Of a DNA stretch of 64,000 nt, positions 37,126-47,205 are shown piece by piece. The notes beneath the pieces were generated by a model that saw nothing but the letters and a program-made list of their open reading frames with translations, searched no databases and was not told the DNA's origin. Made by a program: the position numbers and the translations under genes. This DNA is from Bdellovibrionaceae bacterium UBA3535 (GTDB lineage Bacteria > Bdellovibrionota > Bdellovibrionia > Bdellovibrionales > UBA840), in assembly GCA_002376845.1 (NCBI GenBank), contig DFOS01000026.1, forward strand, positions 130,327-194,326, given 5' to 3'. Position 1 is the first letter of the stretch; each line of letters starts with the position of its first letter.

Positions 37126-38327
37126 TGTCAGGGCTTAGCGGCATTCCAAGCATCGAAGACTTTGCTTTAAAGGACAAACGAGTTTTTATTCGAGTGGATT
37201 TTAATGTTCCCATAGAAGATGGCAAAATTATAGACGACTTTCGCATTCGCGCGGCACTGCCAACCATTCGTTATGCCTTGGACAAAGAGGCCAAAGTGAT
37301 TTTGGCCTCTCATATGGGCCGCCCCAAAACGGAAGCAGACAAAAAGCGCCTAAGTTTATCGCCCGTTGCCGAACGCTTGCAGGAACTTTTGGATTGTGAT
37401 GTGGTTTTTGTGCATGAACCCGATTCTCAAGCCGCAAAGGGTCTTTTGCCAGGACTAAAAAAAGGCCAAGTTCTAGTGCTTGAAAATCTGCGTTTTTCCG
37501 AGCTAGAAGAAAAAAACTCCCATGATATGGCCTCCAACCTTGCCAGCTACACGGATATCTACATTAACGACGCTTTTGGCGCTTCCCACCGCGCACACGC
37601 CTCGATCGTAGGTCTGCCTAGTATATTAAAAGAAAAGGGCATCGGTTTTTTAATGAAAAAAGAAATCGAAATGCTCGATCAGGTTTTGTACGAAACGGAA
37701 AACCCTTTTTTGGCCACATTGGGTGGCTCCAAGGTTAGCGACAAGATTGGCTTAATAGAAAATCTACTCGATAAAATTGACACCTTTCTCATTGGCGGCG
37801 CCATGGCCTACACGTTTTTAGCCGCAAAGGGTTTTCAAATTGGAAGTTCGAAAATAGAAAATGGCAAAATCAATTTGGCCAAAGAACTAATGAACAGAAT
37901 TGAATCGCGGGGCAAGAAAATTTTATTGCCCGAGGACCATATTATTGCAAAAGAATTTTCTAACGAAGCAGATGCCACGGAGACAACCAACGAGGCCATC
38001 CCCGAGGGTTGGATGGCGCTAGATATCGGCCCAAAAACTCGCCAGAGCTACGCCGCGGAAATTGCAAAGGCGAAAACCCTTTTTTGGAATGGCCCCATGG
38101 GTGTTTATGAAATGCCAAAATTTGCAGAAGGTACAAAGGCCATCGCCAAGGCCTTTGCTGAATCCGACGGAAAAACCATCATCGGCGGTGGAGATTCTGC
38201 CGCCGCAGTAAAGGATGCTGGCCTGGAAGATAAAATGACTCACATCTCTACCGGAGGCGGGGCAAGCCTTGAGTACTTAGAGGGCTCCAAACTTCCAGGC
38301 TTAGAAGTCTTGCGAAGAGGTACATAA
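37125..38327 (+). CDS. pgk: Phosphoglycerate kinase
   Basis: GTG start overlapping the gap stop. RVDFNVP, SHMGRP and GGGDS motifs. Confidence 0.95.
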   Translation: MSGLSGIPSIEDFALKDKRVFIRVDFNVPIEDGKIIDDFRIRAALPTIRYALDKEAKVILASHMGRPKTEADKKRLSLSPVAERLQELLDCDVVFVHEPDSQAAKGLLPGLKKGQVLVLENLRFSELEEKNSHDMASNLASYTDIYINDAFGASHRAHASIVGLPSILKEKGIGFLMKKEIEMLDQVLYETENPFLATLGGSKVSDKIGLIENLLDKIDTFLIGGAMAYTFLAAKGFQIGSSKIENGKINLAKELMNRIESRGKKILLPEDHIIAKEFSNEADATETTNEAIPEGWMALDIGPKTRQSYAAEIAKAKTLFWNGPMGVYEMPKFAEGTKAIAKAFAESDGKTIIGGGDSAAAVKDAGLEDKMTHISTGGGASLEYLEGSKLPGLEVLRRGT

Positions 38328-39071
38328 ATGATTTGGGCAGCAAATTGGAAAATGAATCTCTCGCCTGCAGAAAGTTTGGATTTATTGCAAAGCATATGCG
38401 AAAGCGTTCCCGAATCCTTGCTATCTGACTTCATTGTATTTCCACAAAATTATTCGCTCGGCTTATTAGCAAAAATTGTACAGCATTCCAATATGTCCTT
38501 TGGCGCACAAAATGTTTATCCGGCAAAAGATGGAGCCTATACTGGGGAAAATTCGGTGGAAGCACTTAAGGCAATGGGAGCCGATTGGGCACTTGTCGCC
38601 CACTCAGAAAGACGCAAATATTTTGCAGAAACCAATGCAAGCGCTGCAGAAAAAATTGCGTTCTTACAAGCCGAAGACATTAAGCCCATGTATTGCATCG
38701 GGGAAAGTGTAGAAGACAGAGAGGCCGGCACGACAGAAGAAGTTTTACTCGATCAATTAAAAGTAGGCCTGCAAAAACTAGATCTACAAAAAGACTTTGC
38801 CATTGCCTATGAGCCCGTTTGGGCCATCGGTACCGGGCAGGTGGCAAGCCCTGAGCAGGTAGCAGAAGCCCACGATTTTATTCGGCGCTTTTTGGCTGAG
38901 GACATTGCCAAAGAGGTTGCGGCACGCACCCCCATTCTGTATGGCGGCAGCGTAAAGCCAAGCAACTGCGAAGCGCTGGCAGCTGTGCCCCACGTGGATG
39001 GCTTTTTAATTGGCGGTGCTTCACTAGATACAGAACAGCTATGCCAAATAATTGAGCAAACAAAGAATTAA
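38328..39071 (+). CDS. tpiA: Triosephosphate isomerase
   Basis: AANWKMN, GHSERR-like AHSERR and AYEPVWAIGTG. Confidence 0.95.
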   Translation: MIWAANWKMNLSPAESLDLLQSICESVPESLLSDFIVFPQNYSLGLLAKIVQHSNMSFGAQNVYPAKDGAYTGENSVEALKAMGADWALVAHSERRKYFAETNASAAEKIAFLQAEDIKPMYCIGESVEDREAGTTEEVLLDQLKVGLQKLDLQKDFAIAYEPVWAIGTGQVASPEQVAEAHDFIRRFLAEDIAKEVAARTPILYGGSVKPSNCEALAAVPHVDGFLIGGASLDTEQLCQIIEQTKN

Positions 39072-39120
39072 TCATTGCCTTGCCCACTCAGTCTGGTAGA
39101 AGTTTTGCTTCGGAGTTAAT

Positions 39121-39489
39121 ATGGAATCAGTCATAAGCGTCATACATGTAATCATCGCCGTAGTTTTGGTGTTTTTAGTTCTTATTCAAGATTCTAAGGG
39201 CGGCGGCTTGGGTATGATGAGTGGCGGCGGATCAGGCTCCATTCTTGGTACTACAGGTGCTGACAATCTTGTGGTTAAGATGACTCGATGGGTGGCCCTA
39301 GCTTTTGCCTTTACCAGCGTGATTCTTACCATATGGAATGCCGAGCAAGGACAATCGGTTCTAGAAAGCGCTCCAGTTGTGAACACTCCTCCTGCAGCTA
39401 GTGATTCCGCTACTGCTGGTGCTGCGGCGATAGAAACAGAAGCCGCACCTGCCGAAGAAAATACAGAAGAAAGTCCTGGCAACAACTAG
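39121..39489 (+). CDS. secG: Preprotein translocase subunit SecG
   Basis: Small two-TM protein with LLQ.SKGGGLG-type motif (VLIQDSKGGGLGMMSGGG). tpiA-secG synteny. Confidence 0.85.
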   Translation: MESVISVIHVIIAVVLVFLVLIQDSKGGGLGMMSGGGSGSILGTTGADNLVVKMTRWVALAFAFTSVILTIWNAEQGQSVLESAPVVNTPPAASDSATAGAAAIETEAAPAEENTEESPGNN

Positions 39490-39511
39490 GATTAGTTCCT
39501 AGAATGTTCTC

Positions 39512-40405
39512 ATGCTAAAGCGTCTTGCATTTACCAGCATCATATTGCTGCTACTATTAATTGGCTCTTTTTTTCTACTGAAAAGGGATCTGGTTCTAGA
39601 TTATTGGGCGCGCTATTTTGGCGAAGAGGACCCAAGAGAAGTCATAGCCCGAGTGGATACGACCTATGGTCAACCCAAATACCGATTGCCGCGCAAACTG
39701 GTCTACAAAAACCTCCGTGAAGGGGATGCCCTACGCTACTTTGATACCATTAGTACAGATGAAAAATCCACCGCTACCATAGCCTTTAATTCGGGACTTG
39801 TGTTGGAGCTAAAACCCAATTCCATATTGGTTCTCGAGAAACCCAAAGATGGTAGCAGCGGTGAAGTTGTGATCTCGTTCCTACAAGGTAATTTCGAAAT
39901 CTTGCAGCAAGGGGATACAGATAAAGTGATTCTAACCAAAGATAACGAAGCGGTGGATCCTAGCGGCACAAAAATTGAGCCTACCGTTATACCAGAGGTG
40001 GAGGAGCTGCCCACACCTACGCCGACGCCTACCCCCACCCCTGTGCCTACCCCACTTCCGACACTGGAAGAAATTGACATTCAGCCAACGCCTACCCCCG
40101 TGGTGCGCAAGCGACCAAAGGAAAGTCTACCCGATGATTACATTGCCAGTATGGTAAAAAAGCAAAAGCCGTTTTTTAATCGCTGCTACGCTCAACATTT
40201 GCGTCTGAACCCCAATGCTGCCGGCCGCATGAATCTTAGTTTTACCATTCAACCCAATGGCGAAGTATCCAATGCGCGGATTCTGAAATCCACCATAAGC
40301 GGGGCGAAACTAGAAAAATGTACTTTGAATATTATTAAGCGTATAAAGTTTAGAGAATTTGATGGAGAGGCTCTGGTAGTGAACTACCCGATCAATTACG
40401 AATAA
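39512..40405 (+). CDS. Membrane-anchored protein: N-terminal TM, FecR-like region, Pro/Thr linker, AgmX/PglI (TonB-C-like) C-terminal domain
   Basis: TM FTSIILLLLLIGSFFLL. Linker PTPTPTPTPTPVPTPLPT. C-terminus FFNRCYAQHLRLNPNAAGRMNLSFTIQPNGEVSNARILKST...LEKCTLNIIKRIKF. Confidence 0.6.
   Translation: MLKRLAFTSIILLLLLIGSFFLLKRDLVLDYWARYFGEEDPREVIARVDTTYGQPKYRLPRKLVYKNLREGDALRYFDTISTDEKSTATIAFNSGLVLELKPNSILVLEKPKDGSSGEVVISFLQGNFEILQQGDTDKVILTKDNEAVDPSGTKIEPTVIPEVEELPTPTPTPTPTPVPTPLPTLEEIDIQPTPTPVVRKRPKESLPDDYIASMVKKQKPFFNRCYAQHLRLNPNAAGRMNLSFTIQPNGEVSNARILKSTISGAKLEKCTLNIIKRIKFREFDGEALVVNYPINYE
40011..40064 (+). repeat. Pro-Thr dipeptide repeat coding tract (low complexity)
   Basis: Encodes PTPTPTPTPTPVPTPLPT. 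Imperfect CC(N)AC(N) hexanucleotide periodicity. Confidence 0.7.
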
Positions 40406-40845
40406 TGTTTATGATTGCCATTGCAGCCGGATTGGCTGTCACTTTACAAGCTGGATTGAATCGCTATCTAGCAAACGACTGGGGATTGGGAAGCGCCATC
40501 ACCTTAAATCTTGTTATCACGGGCATCATGGGCGTAGCCTATTACCTCTTGGTACACTATAATATTTTGCCTTTGCCTACATATATGCAAAATAAAGAAA
40601 TGGCTTGGAAAGTATGGCACTGGTGGGTCTTGATACCTAGCTTTTGCGGCTTTGTGATCGTACTTGGTATGCCATGGGCCATCATTCACCTGGGAGCTAG
40701 CCGCACCATCATCATTGCCATTGCCGCGCAGATCCTGTCCTCTCTACTTTGGGATTTGTTGGTAGAGAAAAATCCTGTTCGCTGGCCGCAATACCTCGGT
40801 GCGCTATTTACATTTGTCGGCGCCTCCATGATTCTAATCTTTTAA
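40405..40845 (+). CDS. DMT-superfamily small membrane protein (YdcZ/DUF606-like)
   Basis: 146 aa, 4-5 TMs, N-terminal LAVTLQAGLNRYL. The ATG overlaps the upstream stop. Confidence 0.55.
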   Translation: MFMIAIAAGLAVTLQAGLNRYLANDWGLGSAITLNLVITGIMGVAYYLLVHYNILPLPTYMQNKEMAWKVWHWWVLIPSFCGFVIVLGMPWAIIHLGASRTIIIAIAAQILSSLLWDLLVEKNPVRWPQYLGALFTFVGASMILIF

Positions 40846-40854
40846 GGAGAATAT

Positions 40855-41601
40855 ATGCGTACCATGAACCCCGCTTTAAACGACAAGGCCTTTCGCTCCG
40901 CCGCTACGGGTACTGACAGAATGACCATTACTGGTGCCGTCAACAAGTCCTTCATTCTTGTTGCCTTGGTATTTGCCACAGCCATATGGACTTGGCAAAA
41001 CACCTTTCCAAGCGGCTGGTCCGCAGGCAGCCAGCCAGTGATCCCTACTTGGTATTTTGGCGTTATCATTGGCACTCTTATTTTGGCCATGGTCATTATT
41101 TTTAAAAAAACATGGGCTCCCTTCCTAGCTCCCGTCTATGCATTGGCCGAGGGCATGTTACTCGGCACCATTTCCGCTCTATTTGAGTACCGCTATCCCG
41201 GAATTGTGATTCAAGCCGTATTGGGGACGGCCACCGTACTAATTTCTTTACTGGCGGCGTATCGCAGTGGCCTAATTGAAGTTACAGAAAATTTTAAACT
41301 CGGTGTGGCCGCCGCAACGGGTGGTATTTTTTTGATTTATCTTCTTACCTTTATTCTCGGTTTTTTTGGCATGAACGTTCCCTACATTCATGAAGCCGGT
41401 TTGATCGGCATTGGTTTTTCTGTTTTCGTTTGTATCGTGGCCGCTTTAAACCTGGTCTTGGACTTTGACTTTATTGAGCAAGGCGCGGCTAAGGGCGCAC
41501 CCAAATATATGGAATGGTATGCAGCCTTTGGCTTGCTGGTAACATTGATCTGGCTATACCTGGAAATTTTAAGATTATTGGCAAAAACACGAAGCCGCTA
41601 A
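40855..41601 (+). CDS. Bax inhibitor-1/YccA-like membrane protein
   Basis: AAGGAG RBS, seven predicted TMs, N-terminal MNPALNDKAFR...MTITGAVNKS typical of the bacterial BI-1-like family. Confidence 0.6.
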   Translation: MRTMNPALNDKAFRSAATGTDRMTITGAVNKSFILVALVFATAIWTWQNTFPSGWSAGSQPVIPTWYFGVIIGTLILAMVIIFKKTWAPFLAPVYALAEGMLLGTISALFEYRYPGIVIQAVLGTATVLISLLAAYRSGLIEVTENFKLGVAAATGGIFLIYLLTFILGFFGMNVPYIHEAGLIGIGFSVFVCIVAALNLVLDFDFIEQGAAKGAPKYMEWYAAFGLLVTLIWLYLEILRLLAKTRSR

Positions 41602-41673
41602 CCAAATTTAAACAACAGGCTAATACAAATTTAGTGTCGGCATAGAATCCTAAACCAAAGCAAGGAGGCTTTG

Positions 41674-42672
41674 ATGACTGGATTCTTCTGGGCTTTTTTC
41701 GCCCTTTTACAAATATTTGCGTCTCATCAATTTGACCGAAAACTCGACAACTTTGTCTTTGGGTCTTGTAATAAACATCAGCGAGATACCAATACCTGGG
41801 AGAGCATCCTAAATACGAACAGCGATCTGGTTTTAATACTGGGAGATCTTATGTATTCCAACACCTACGATGCCAACGAATATCAGCAGCACCTGAATCT
41901 TCTATACCAGCAGCGTGGTTTTTCTGATCTGCTCCGAAACGTGGACATGATCACCATCTGGGATGACCATGAATACGGCAAAGATAATGATGGCATAGAA
42001 AACCCTTTCAAATATCAAGCACAACAACTTTATCTAGATTTCTTTCAAATCCCGGATCACTCTCCCCGTCGCTACCGGCAAGGAATTTACGATTCTTATA
42101 CCTATGGCTCTGGAGAGCAGATGGTTAAGATCTTACTTCTAGACACTCGCTTTAACAAGGAGGTCAATTCCAGTGACGGAGATATTTTGGGTGAGGAGCA
42201 ATGGCTTTGGCTTGAAAATGAGCTAGCACAATCCGAAGCGAAAATTCATTTCATCACCTCTACCATTTCCGTCTTAACAAAGGCGGCTCCAGGAATTGAA
42301 TCTTGGTATGATCTGCCAAAAGCAAAACGACGCTTGTTTGCCTTGCTAGATAAATACGATGTACCGGGTGTGATATTTTTAAGTGGCGACCTACATATTG
42401 GAGCCATATTGAGTGACCGCATTCAAGACAAACAATACTTCGAACTCATGTCCAGCGGACTTAACAATCAGGTCCCTAAAAATTTACGATTTCCCCTGCG
42501 CCTGCTTTTGCCCGATGTTTATATGCAGTTTGAGAAAAACTTTGGCCAAGTTCGTATTCATTGGGAAAAAAGCCCTTTAGAATTGAGCTATTTGATCAAC
42601 AAAGACACGGGCAAGCGCATTCATAGACAAGACTTTGTCTTGTTAAACAAGACTTGGCAGATGAAACACTAG
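41674..42672 (+). CDS. PhoD-like metallophosphatase (alkaline phosphatase D family)
   Basis: AAGGAGG RBS 5 nt upstream of ATG 41674. ILGDLMYSN, WDDHEYGKDN and FLSGDLHIG metallophosphatase motifs. Confidence 0.65.
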   Translation: MTGFFWAFFALLQIFASHQFDRKLDNFVFGSCNKHQRDTNTWESILNTNSDLVLILGDLMYSNTYDANEYQQHLNLLYQQRGFSDLLRNVDMITIWDDHEYGKDNDGIENPFKYQAQQLYLDFFQIPDHSPRRYRQGIYDSYTYGSGEQMVKILLLDTRFNKEVNSSDGDILGEEQWLWLENELAQSEAKIHFITSTISVLTKAAPGIESWYDLPKAKRRLFALLDKYDVPGVIFLSGDLHIGAILSDRIQDKQYFELMSSGLNNQVPKNLRFPLRLLLPDVYMQFEKNFGQVRIHWEKSPLELSYLINKDTGKRIHRQDFVLLNKTWQMKH

Positions 42673-42779
42673 GCATAGGCCTTCGACTCATATGGCCGCA
42701 AAAAATTGGGAATACGAGTTCCTACTAATAGCGGCTGTAACCCACTTATATTGGCCTGAAAAAATAGTCTTGATCTAAT

Positions 42780-44231
42780 TTAGTGAAACAAGTACTGACA
42801 CCGAAAAGGTTTTGCCGCCTCATCTGCAAGCAGCAAAACCACTAGCTCGCTGGCTCCTTGATTTATATTCGTCTTTACATTTTTCTTTAATTCTGCTGCT
42901 CGTGCCCAAGGACTTGAATATACCGTGGAACCATTCCCGTAAAAATAACCCAGTGGCCGTAAGTCAATCGCAACTTCTGGGTTGTATTTATCTCCCGGAA
43001 TCGTACTAGGTGATATAAGTTTTTGCGCAATATAGAAAAAATAATGATTACCATTATCTTGAAAGCTGTTTTTATAAAAAAAGTTTTCAAGATTTTTACG
43101 GTTCACTTCTTCGCTGGCATCATTAAAAAAAAGAACCTGCTCACCTTGAACCCCATTGCTGGCCTTGAAAACGTAATCGCTCGGCTTCAATTTAATTTTT
43201 TCAGGTATTTCTGTGACAAGATCGTAGCTTTCAATATCTATTGCTACCTTCCCTTTTTTCTTCATATCATATACCATATGGGTAAACGCTTTATTATCGA
43301 TAACTTCGATCCCCGGAGCAACCATTAATTCTATATTCGTTTCTTGCAGAATATGATAATAAAAATCATAATTTAATTCTTTATTAAAAGTAGGATCTGA
43401 GAAGTTTAATATGGCTTTAGTGCCTTCATTAGCTATAATATCACGAATTAAGTCGGTATTTCTACTAGGCTTTATAACACGGATCCCTAATTGTTTAAGC
43501 TCCTCATATATGCGCAAATCTTCTTTATCATCGATATCTGTTTTTTCAGTGTCATATTGCCAAATTGCCACCGTTTTTTCTATATCTTTAGGATCATCCA
43601 AACTGAGACCTATAGATTCCAAAAAAAATGCAACGCTCGCTTCTATAAAATCAGGCCTAATAAAGTAAGATGGCCAATCACTTGCTGAAGTCATAGAATC
43701 AAAGATGGCTTTAACATCCCCCCGTCCACCAACATTTCCAATATTATCTTCAAGTACCGCCCATCTGCCATCATGCATTCGATATAAATCTGGACCAAAA
43801 AATGCTCTGAGTTTTTCCTTAGGCTGTCCCCGCCACAAAGCACGCAACTTTTCTAAAGACCAACCCTCTAAGTTAAATAAGATATTAATGTAATCTTCCG
43901 AATAGGAATGATTTAAAAAGACATAAGTATAAAAGATACTCACTAAATCTACCATGCGGACATTTATATCTGATATTATATCAATATACTCTTTTTCTTC
44001 CATGACTAAAGGTATTGGATGAATTTTCAGTTTATCCCTAAGTGGAGAATCCTTCATTTTATGACTAAGCTTTTGATTGTTAAAATTTGCCGGAAAGCCA
44101 ATTTGATCTAATATAAAATAAGGCAAGCGCTTCTTACCATTATCATCAAAGACTTCGTTGTAACTTGGGTTTGCAAATAGGCAAGCAACGAACAAATATA
44201 AAAATGTATGGAGCATGTCCCAAATTAACAT
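42780..44231 (-). CDS. Divergent circularly permuted ATP-grasp (type 2) family protein with hydrophobic N-terminus
   Basis: GPDLYRMHDGRWAVLEDNIGNVGG resembles the DL.R..DG.W.VLEDN signature. Downstream are YVFKASNGVQGEQV, YIAQKLISPSTIP, AIDLRPLGYF and TNINQGASELVVLL (cf. VNSSQGGGSKDTWVL). The gene is markedly AT-rich. Confidence 0.55.
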   Translation of the reverse strand: MLIWDMLHTFLYLFVACLFANPSYNEVFDDNGKKRLPYFILDQIGFPANFNNQKLSHKMKDSPLRDKLKIHPIPLVMEEKEYIDIISDINVRMVDLVSIFYTYVFLNHSYSEDYINILFNLEGWSLEKLRALWRGQPKEKLRAFFGPDLYRMHDGRWAVLEDNIGNVGGRGDVKAIFDSMTSASDWPSYFIRPDFIEASVAFFLESIGLSLDDPKDIEKTVAIWQYDTEKTDIDDKEDLRIYEELKQLGIRVIKPSRNTDLIRDIIANEGTKAILNFSDPTFNKELNYDFYYHILQETNIELMVAPGIEVIDNKAFTHMVYDMKKKGKVAIDIESYDLVTEIPEKIKLKPSDYVFKASNGVQGEQVLFFNDASEEVNRKNLENFFYKNSFQDNGNHYFFYIAQKLISPSTIPGDKYNPEVAIDLRPLGYFYGNGSTVYSSPWARAAELKKNVKTNINQGASELVVLLLADEAAKPFRCQYLFH

Positions 44232-44617
44232 CTGCTCGTTTTTTATACAGAAAAATAGTGGATCTCTGTAAAAATTTACTTATCTACTGTCAAAAAATAG
44301 CTTTGGAGTCAGTATACCACGTACCACTCTGATCTATCGCGAAGGTTCTAGGTGTCCTCTATGGCCAAAATAGCCATCCCATAGAAAACCGTACTCATTC
44401 TAGTACAACAGGACTCGCTCCTTAACATTCAACAAATGTACTTCGTATATATAACCCGCATTGAGAACAAATCTAACATGACTGCCCACTGCCAGGATTC
44501 AGAGGCGTGGGATTTGTGCTAAATCTACGCACTTATACGTAGCAGGAAGGCGCATGCCGAACAAAAGCAGCTGCAGCCAAGAGAATTCTTCGCTATAATC
44601 AAACAAAAGGATACAAT

Positions 44618-46615
44618 ATGCTCTTATCCCTACTAGCTTCGCTACTATTTGCTACTTCATCGGCGACCGCCCCACATGTTGAGGTTTCCTTCATTCATGA
44701 GACACAGGAGCTCGTTCGCGGGGAAGACAACTATCTCGCCTTTTATTTTGAAATTGATGAAGACTGGCATATTTATTGGAAAAATCCTGGGGACTCGGGC
44801 AAAGAGCCGCGCATTACTTGGCTAGAAACCTCGGGACTGAACCCCTCCGAAATCATTTGGCCAGCCCCGCACAAAATGCCTATCGAAATTTTGATGAACT
44901 ATGGCTACGATGGTCAGCAAGCTTTGCCGCTAAAGGTTTTTGTTCCTGAGAATTTTGCAAAGGACGAAGCCACATTAACGGCCCAATTATCTTGGCTTAT
45001 TTGCAAAGTAGAGTGCATTCCGGGAAAAGCAGAATTAAGCCTTACTCTTGCCGTAGCAAATAGTTCTAGCCCAACTGAGGATCGATTCAAAATACGAACA
45101 GCTCTTCATGAAGTGCCTTTATATGAGCCAAATTTGGTGAGCGAGTTTACGATTGATGAATTTATCCATCTCAATTTTGACTTTAGTCAAGCTTCGATCC
45201 CCAAGATCCAATCTGCTTATTTTTATGTGCTAGATGAGCTGGTTGTGCAACATGCTGCTGGCCAACGATTTGTTTTTAAAGATGGACTGCTTAGCATGAG
45301 TCTCAAAAAAGATATCAATATGGCTACAGACCTAGAAAGACTTAATGGGGTGCTCGAGCTTATACCTGAGAACAAAGATTTAGAGCGAATCACTTACAAC
45401 ATTGAAGCAAAGCGAAAAAAACAAGATATGGGCCTACTATTGTCCTTGGCCTTTGCTTTTCTTGGCGGAATCATTTTAAACCTTATGCCTTGTGTTTTCC
45501 CCGTGCTATCATTAAAAATTTTGAGCTTTGTTCACCAAGCTAAGGAAGAGAAAAAAAGTGTTCGTATTCATGGTTGGTACTACACACTTGGCGTTCTTAT
45601 CTCGTTTTGGGCTCTTACCTTAGCGCTTATCGTATTAAAGGCTAGTGGCGAAGCCGTGGGCTGGGGCTTTCAGTTGCAGTCTCCCTACTTTGTCACGGCC
45701 ATGGCCTTTTTATTCTTTTTTATCGGACTCAATTTGCTTGGCTTCTTTGAAGTCGGGGAAAGCCTTAGTGCTGTAGGAGGGCGTACCAGCAAAAAAGAGG
45801 GTTACTTTTCTTCACTGCAAACTGGCGTCCTTGCTACTATCGTGGCTACGCCTTGCACGGCACCTTTTATGGGAGCCGCCATCGGTACGGCCTTTTCACA
45901 GCCAGCCTGGCAAACCTTTTCGATTTTTAGCGCTCTTGCCCTAGGAATGGCGTCTCCCTATATTTTACTCTCCCATTTCCCGCAGTGGCTCAAGCTTTTA
46001 CCAAAGCCTGGCTTGTGGATGAAAACCTTTAAAGAGTTTCTGGCCTTTCCCATGCTGGCAACGATGCTGTGGCTACTCTGGGTTCTGCAACCTCAGACAT
46101 CGAGTATTTTTATCTTTGTCGTACTCCTGGCCTTTTTAAGTATTTTGTTTTTGTTTTGGCTGCAGCGTTATTGGAAACGCGCCAAGGTCTTTTTCTTAAT
46201 CGCCGGCGCGTTTATTATGGCCACAACCTTTTTACAGATTCCAGAGCGCGCTGTATCCACCGGTCAGATAAGCTCTAGCGCCTGGCAGCCCTATTCGAAT
46301 GAAAAACTAGAAAACCTTTTGAGCAATCAACAAGCCGTCTTTATTGATTTTACCGCAAAGTGGTGCATTACCTGCCAAGTAAACAAGAAATTGGTTCTGA
46401 ATACAGATGCGGTACAGAATTATTTTAGTTTAAATAATATCACCTTACTGCAAGCCGACTGGACCAACTCCAATCCAGAGATCACCAAGAAGCTTGCAGA
46501 ATTCGGCCGCAACTCCGTGCCTTTATACATATATTATCCCCCTGGCTCCCGCGATCCGAAGATCTTGCCTGAGATCTTGAGCAAGGATATGATCTTCTCT
46601 CTAACGGAGGAATGA
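44618..46615 (+). CDS. dsbD: DsbD/ScsB-family thiol:disulfide interchange (electron-transfer) membrane protein
   Basis: N-terminal periplasmic domain with WLICKVECIP. Central TM domain with NLMPCVFPVLSLK and ATPCTAPFMG. C-terminal thioredoxin domain with WCITCQ. Confidence 0.85.
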   Translation: MLLSLLASLLFATSSATAPHVEVSFIHETQELVRGEDNYLAFYFEIDEDWHIYWKNPGDSGKEPRITWLETSGLNPSEIIWPAPHKMPIEILMNYGYDGQQALPLKVFVPENFAKDEATLTAQLSWLICKVECIPGKAELSLTLAVANSSSPTEDRFKIRTALHEVPLYEPNLVSEFTIDEFIHLNFDFSQASIPKIQSAYFYVLDELVVQHAAGQRFVFKDGLLSMSLKKDINMATDLERLNGVLELIPENKDLERITYNIEAKRKKQDMGLLLSLAFAFLGGIILNLMPCVFPVLSLKILSFVHQAKEEKKSVRIHGWYYTLGVLISFWALTLALIVLKASGEAVGWGFQLQSPYFVTAMAFLFFFIGLNLLGFFEVGESLSAVGGRTSKKEGYFSSLQTGVLATIVATPCTAPFMGAAIGTAFSQPAWQTFSIFSALALGMASPYILLSHFPQWLKLLPKPGLWMKTFKEFLAFPMLATMLWLLWVLQPQTSSIFIFVVLLAFLSILFLFWLQRYWKRAKVFFLIAGAFIMATTFLQIPERAVSTGQISSSAWQPYSNEKLENLLSNQQAVFIDFTAKWCITCQVNKKLVLNTDAVQNYFSLNNITLLQADWTNSNPEITKKLAEFGRNSVPLYIYYPPGSRDPKILPEILSKDMIFSLTEE

Positions 46616-46617
46616 TT

Positions 46618-47205
46618 ATGAAAAAGTGCCTAATCGCATTGATGTTTTTAAGTTTACCGGCTATGGCCGCCAAAGTTGGCGCGACGGCCCCAAGTTTTAA
46701 CTTGCCCAACCAAAGCGGCAAGCAAGTAAGCCTTGCTGACTACAAAGGAAAAACCGTAGTGCTCGAGTGGTTGAACCACGAATGTCCTTACGTAAAAAAA
46801 CACTACAATGCCGGCAATATGCAAGCGCTGCAAAAAAAGTATACCGGTAAGGATGTAGTATGGCTTTCCATCATCTCTTCGGCACCTGGCAAGCAGGGCT
46901 ATATGAAAGGCGAAGAAATCACTAAAGCGGTTGCAGAAAAGAAGGCAGCCCCCTCCCACGTATTGATCGATGCGGACGGCAAAGTAGGCAAAGCCTACAA
47001 GGCAAAAACTACCCCGCATATGTATGTGATCAATCCTGAAGGCACCCTGGTTTACGCTGGCGCTATTGATGACAAGCCAACTACTGACGTAGAGGACGTA
47101 AAGGGTGCGACGAACTATGTTGCCAATGCACTGGATGAATTGATGAATGGTAAAGAAATTTCCAAGTCCTACACCAAAGCTTACGGCTGCTCGGTGAAAT
47201 ACTAG
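46618..47205 (+). CDS. Exported thioredoxin-fold (redoxin/AhpC-TSA-like) protein with a CPYV site and a distal C-terminal Cys
   Basis: GGAGG lies 7 nt upstream of ATG 46618. Signal peptide MKKCLIALMFLSLPAMA. LEWLNHECPYVKKHY has one Cys in the usual CxxC position. C-terminal YGCSVKY. Effectively coupled to the dsbD stop. Confidence 0.7.
   Translation: MKKCLIALMFLSLPAMAAKVGATAPSFNLPNQSGKQVSLADYKGKTVVLEWLNHECPYVKKHYNAGNMQALQKKYTGKDVVWLSIISSAPGKQGYMKGEEITKAVAEKKAAPSHVLIDADGKVGKAYKAKTTPHMYVINPEGTLVYAGAIDDKPTTDVEDVKGATNYVANALDELMNGKEISKSYTKAYGCSVKY

Noticed and set aside
36078-37267. Several minus-strand ORFs (62-142 aa) inside gap and the pgk 5' end
   Set aside because: They are antisense to unmistakable glycolytic genes, with no signals or recognisable motifs.
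39186-40080. Minus-strand ORFs of 99 aa (in secG) and 114 aa (opposite the PT-repeat region)
   Set aside because: They are antisense shadows. The 114-aa one is simply the Gly/Val-rich reverse reading of the Pro/Thr repeat.
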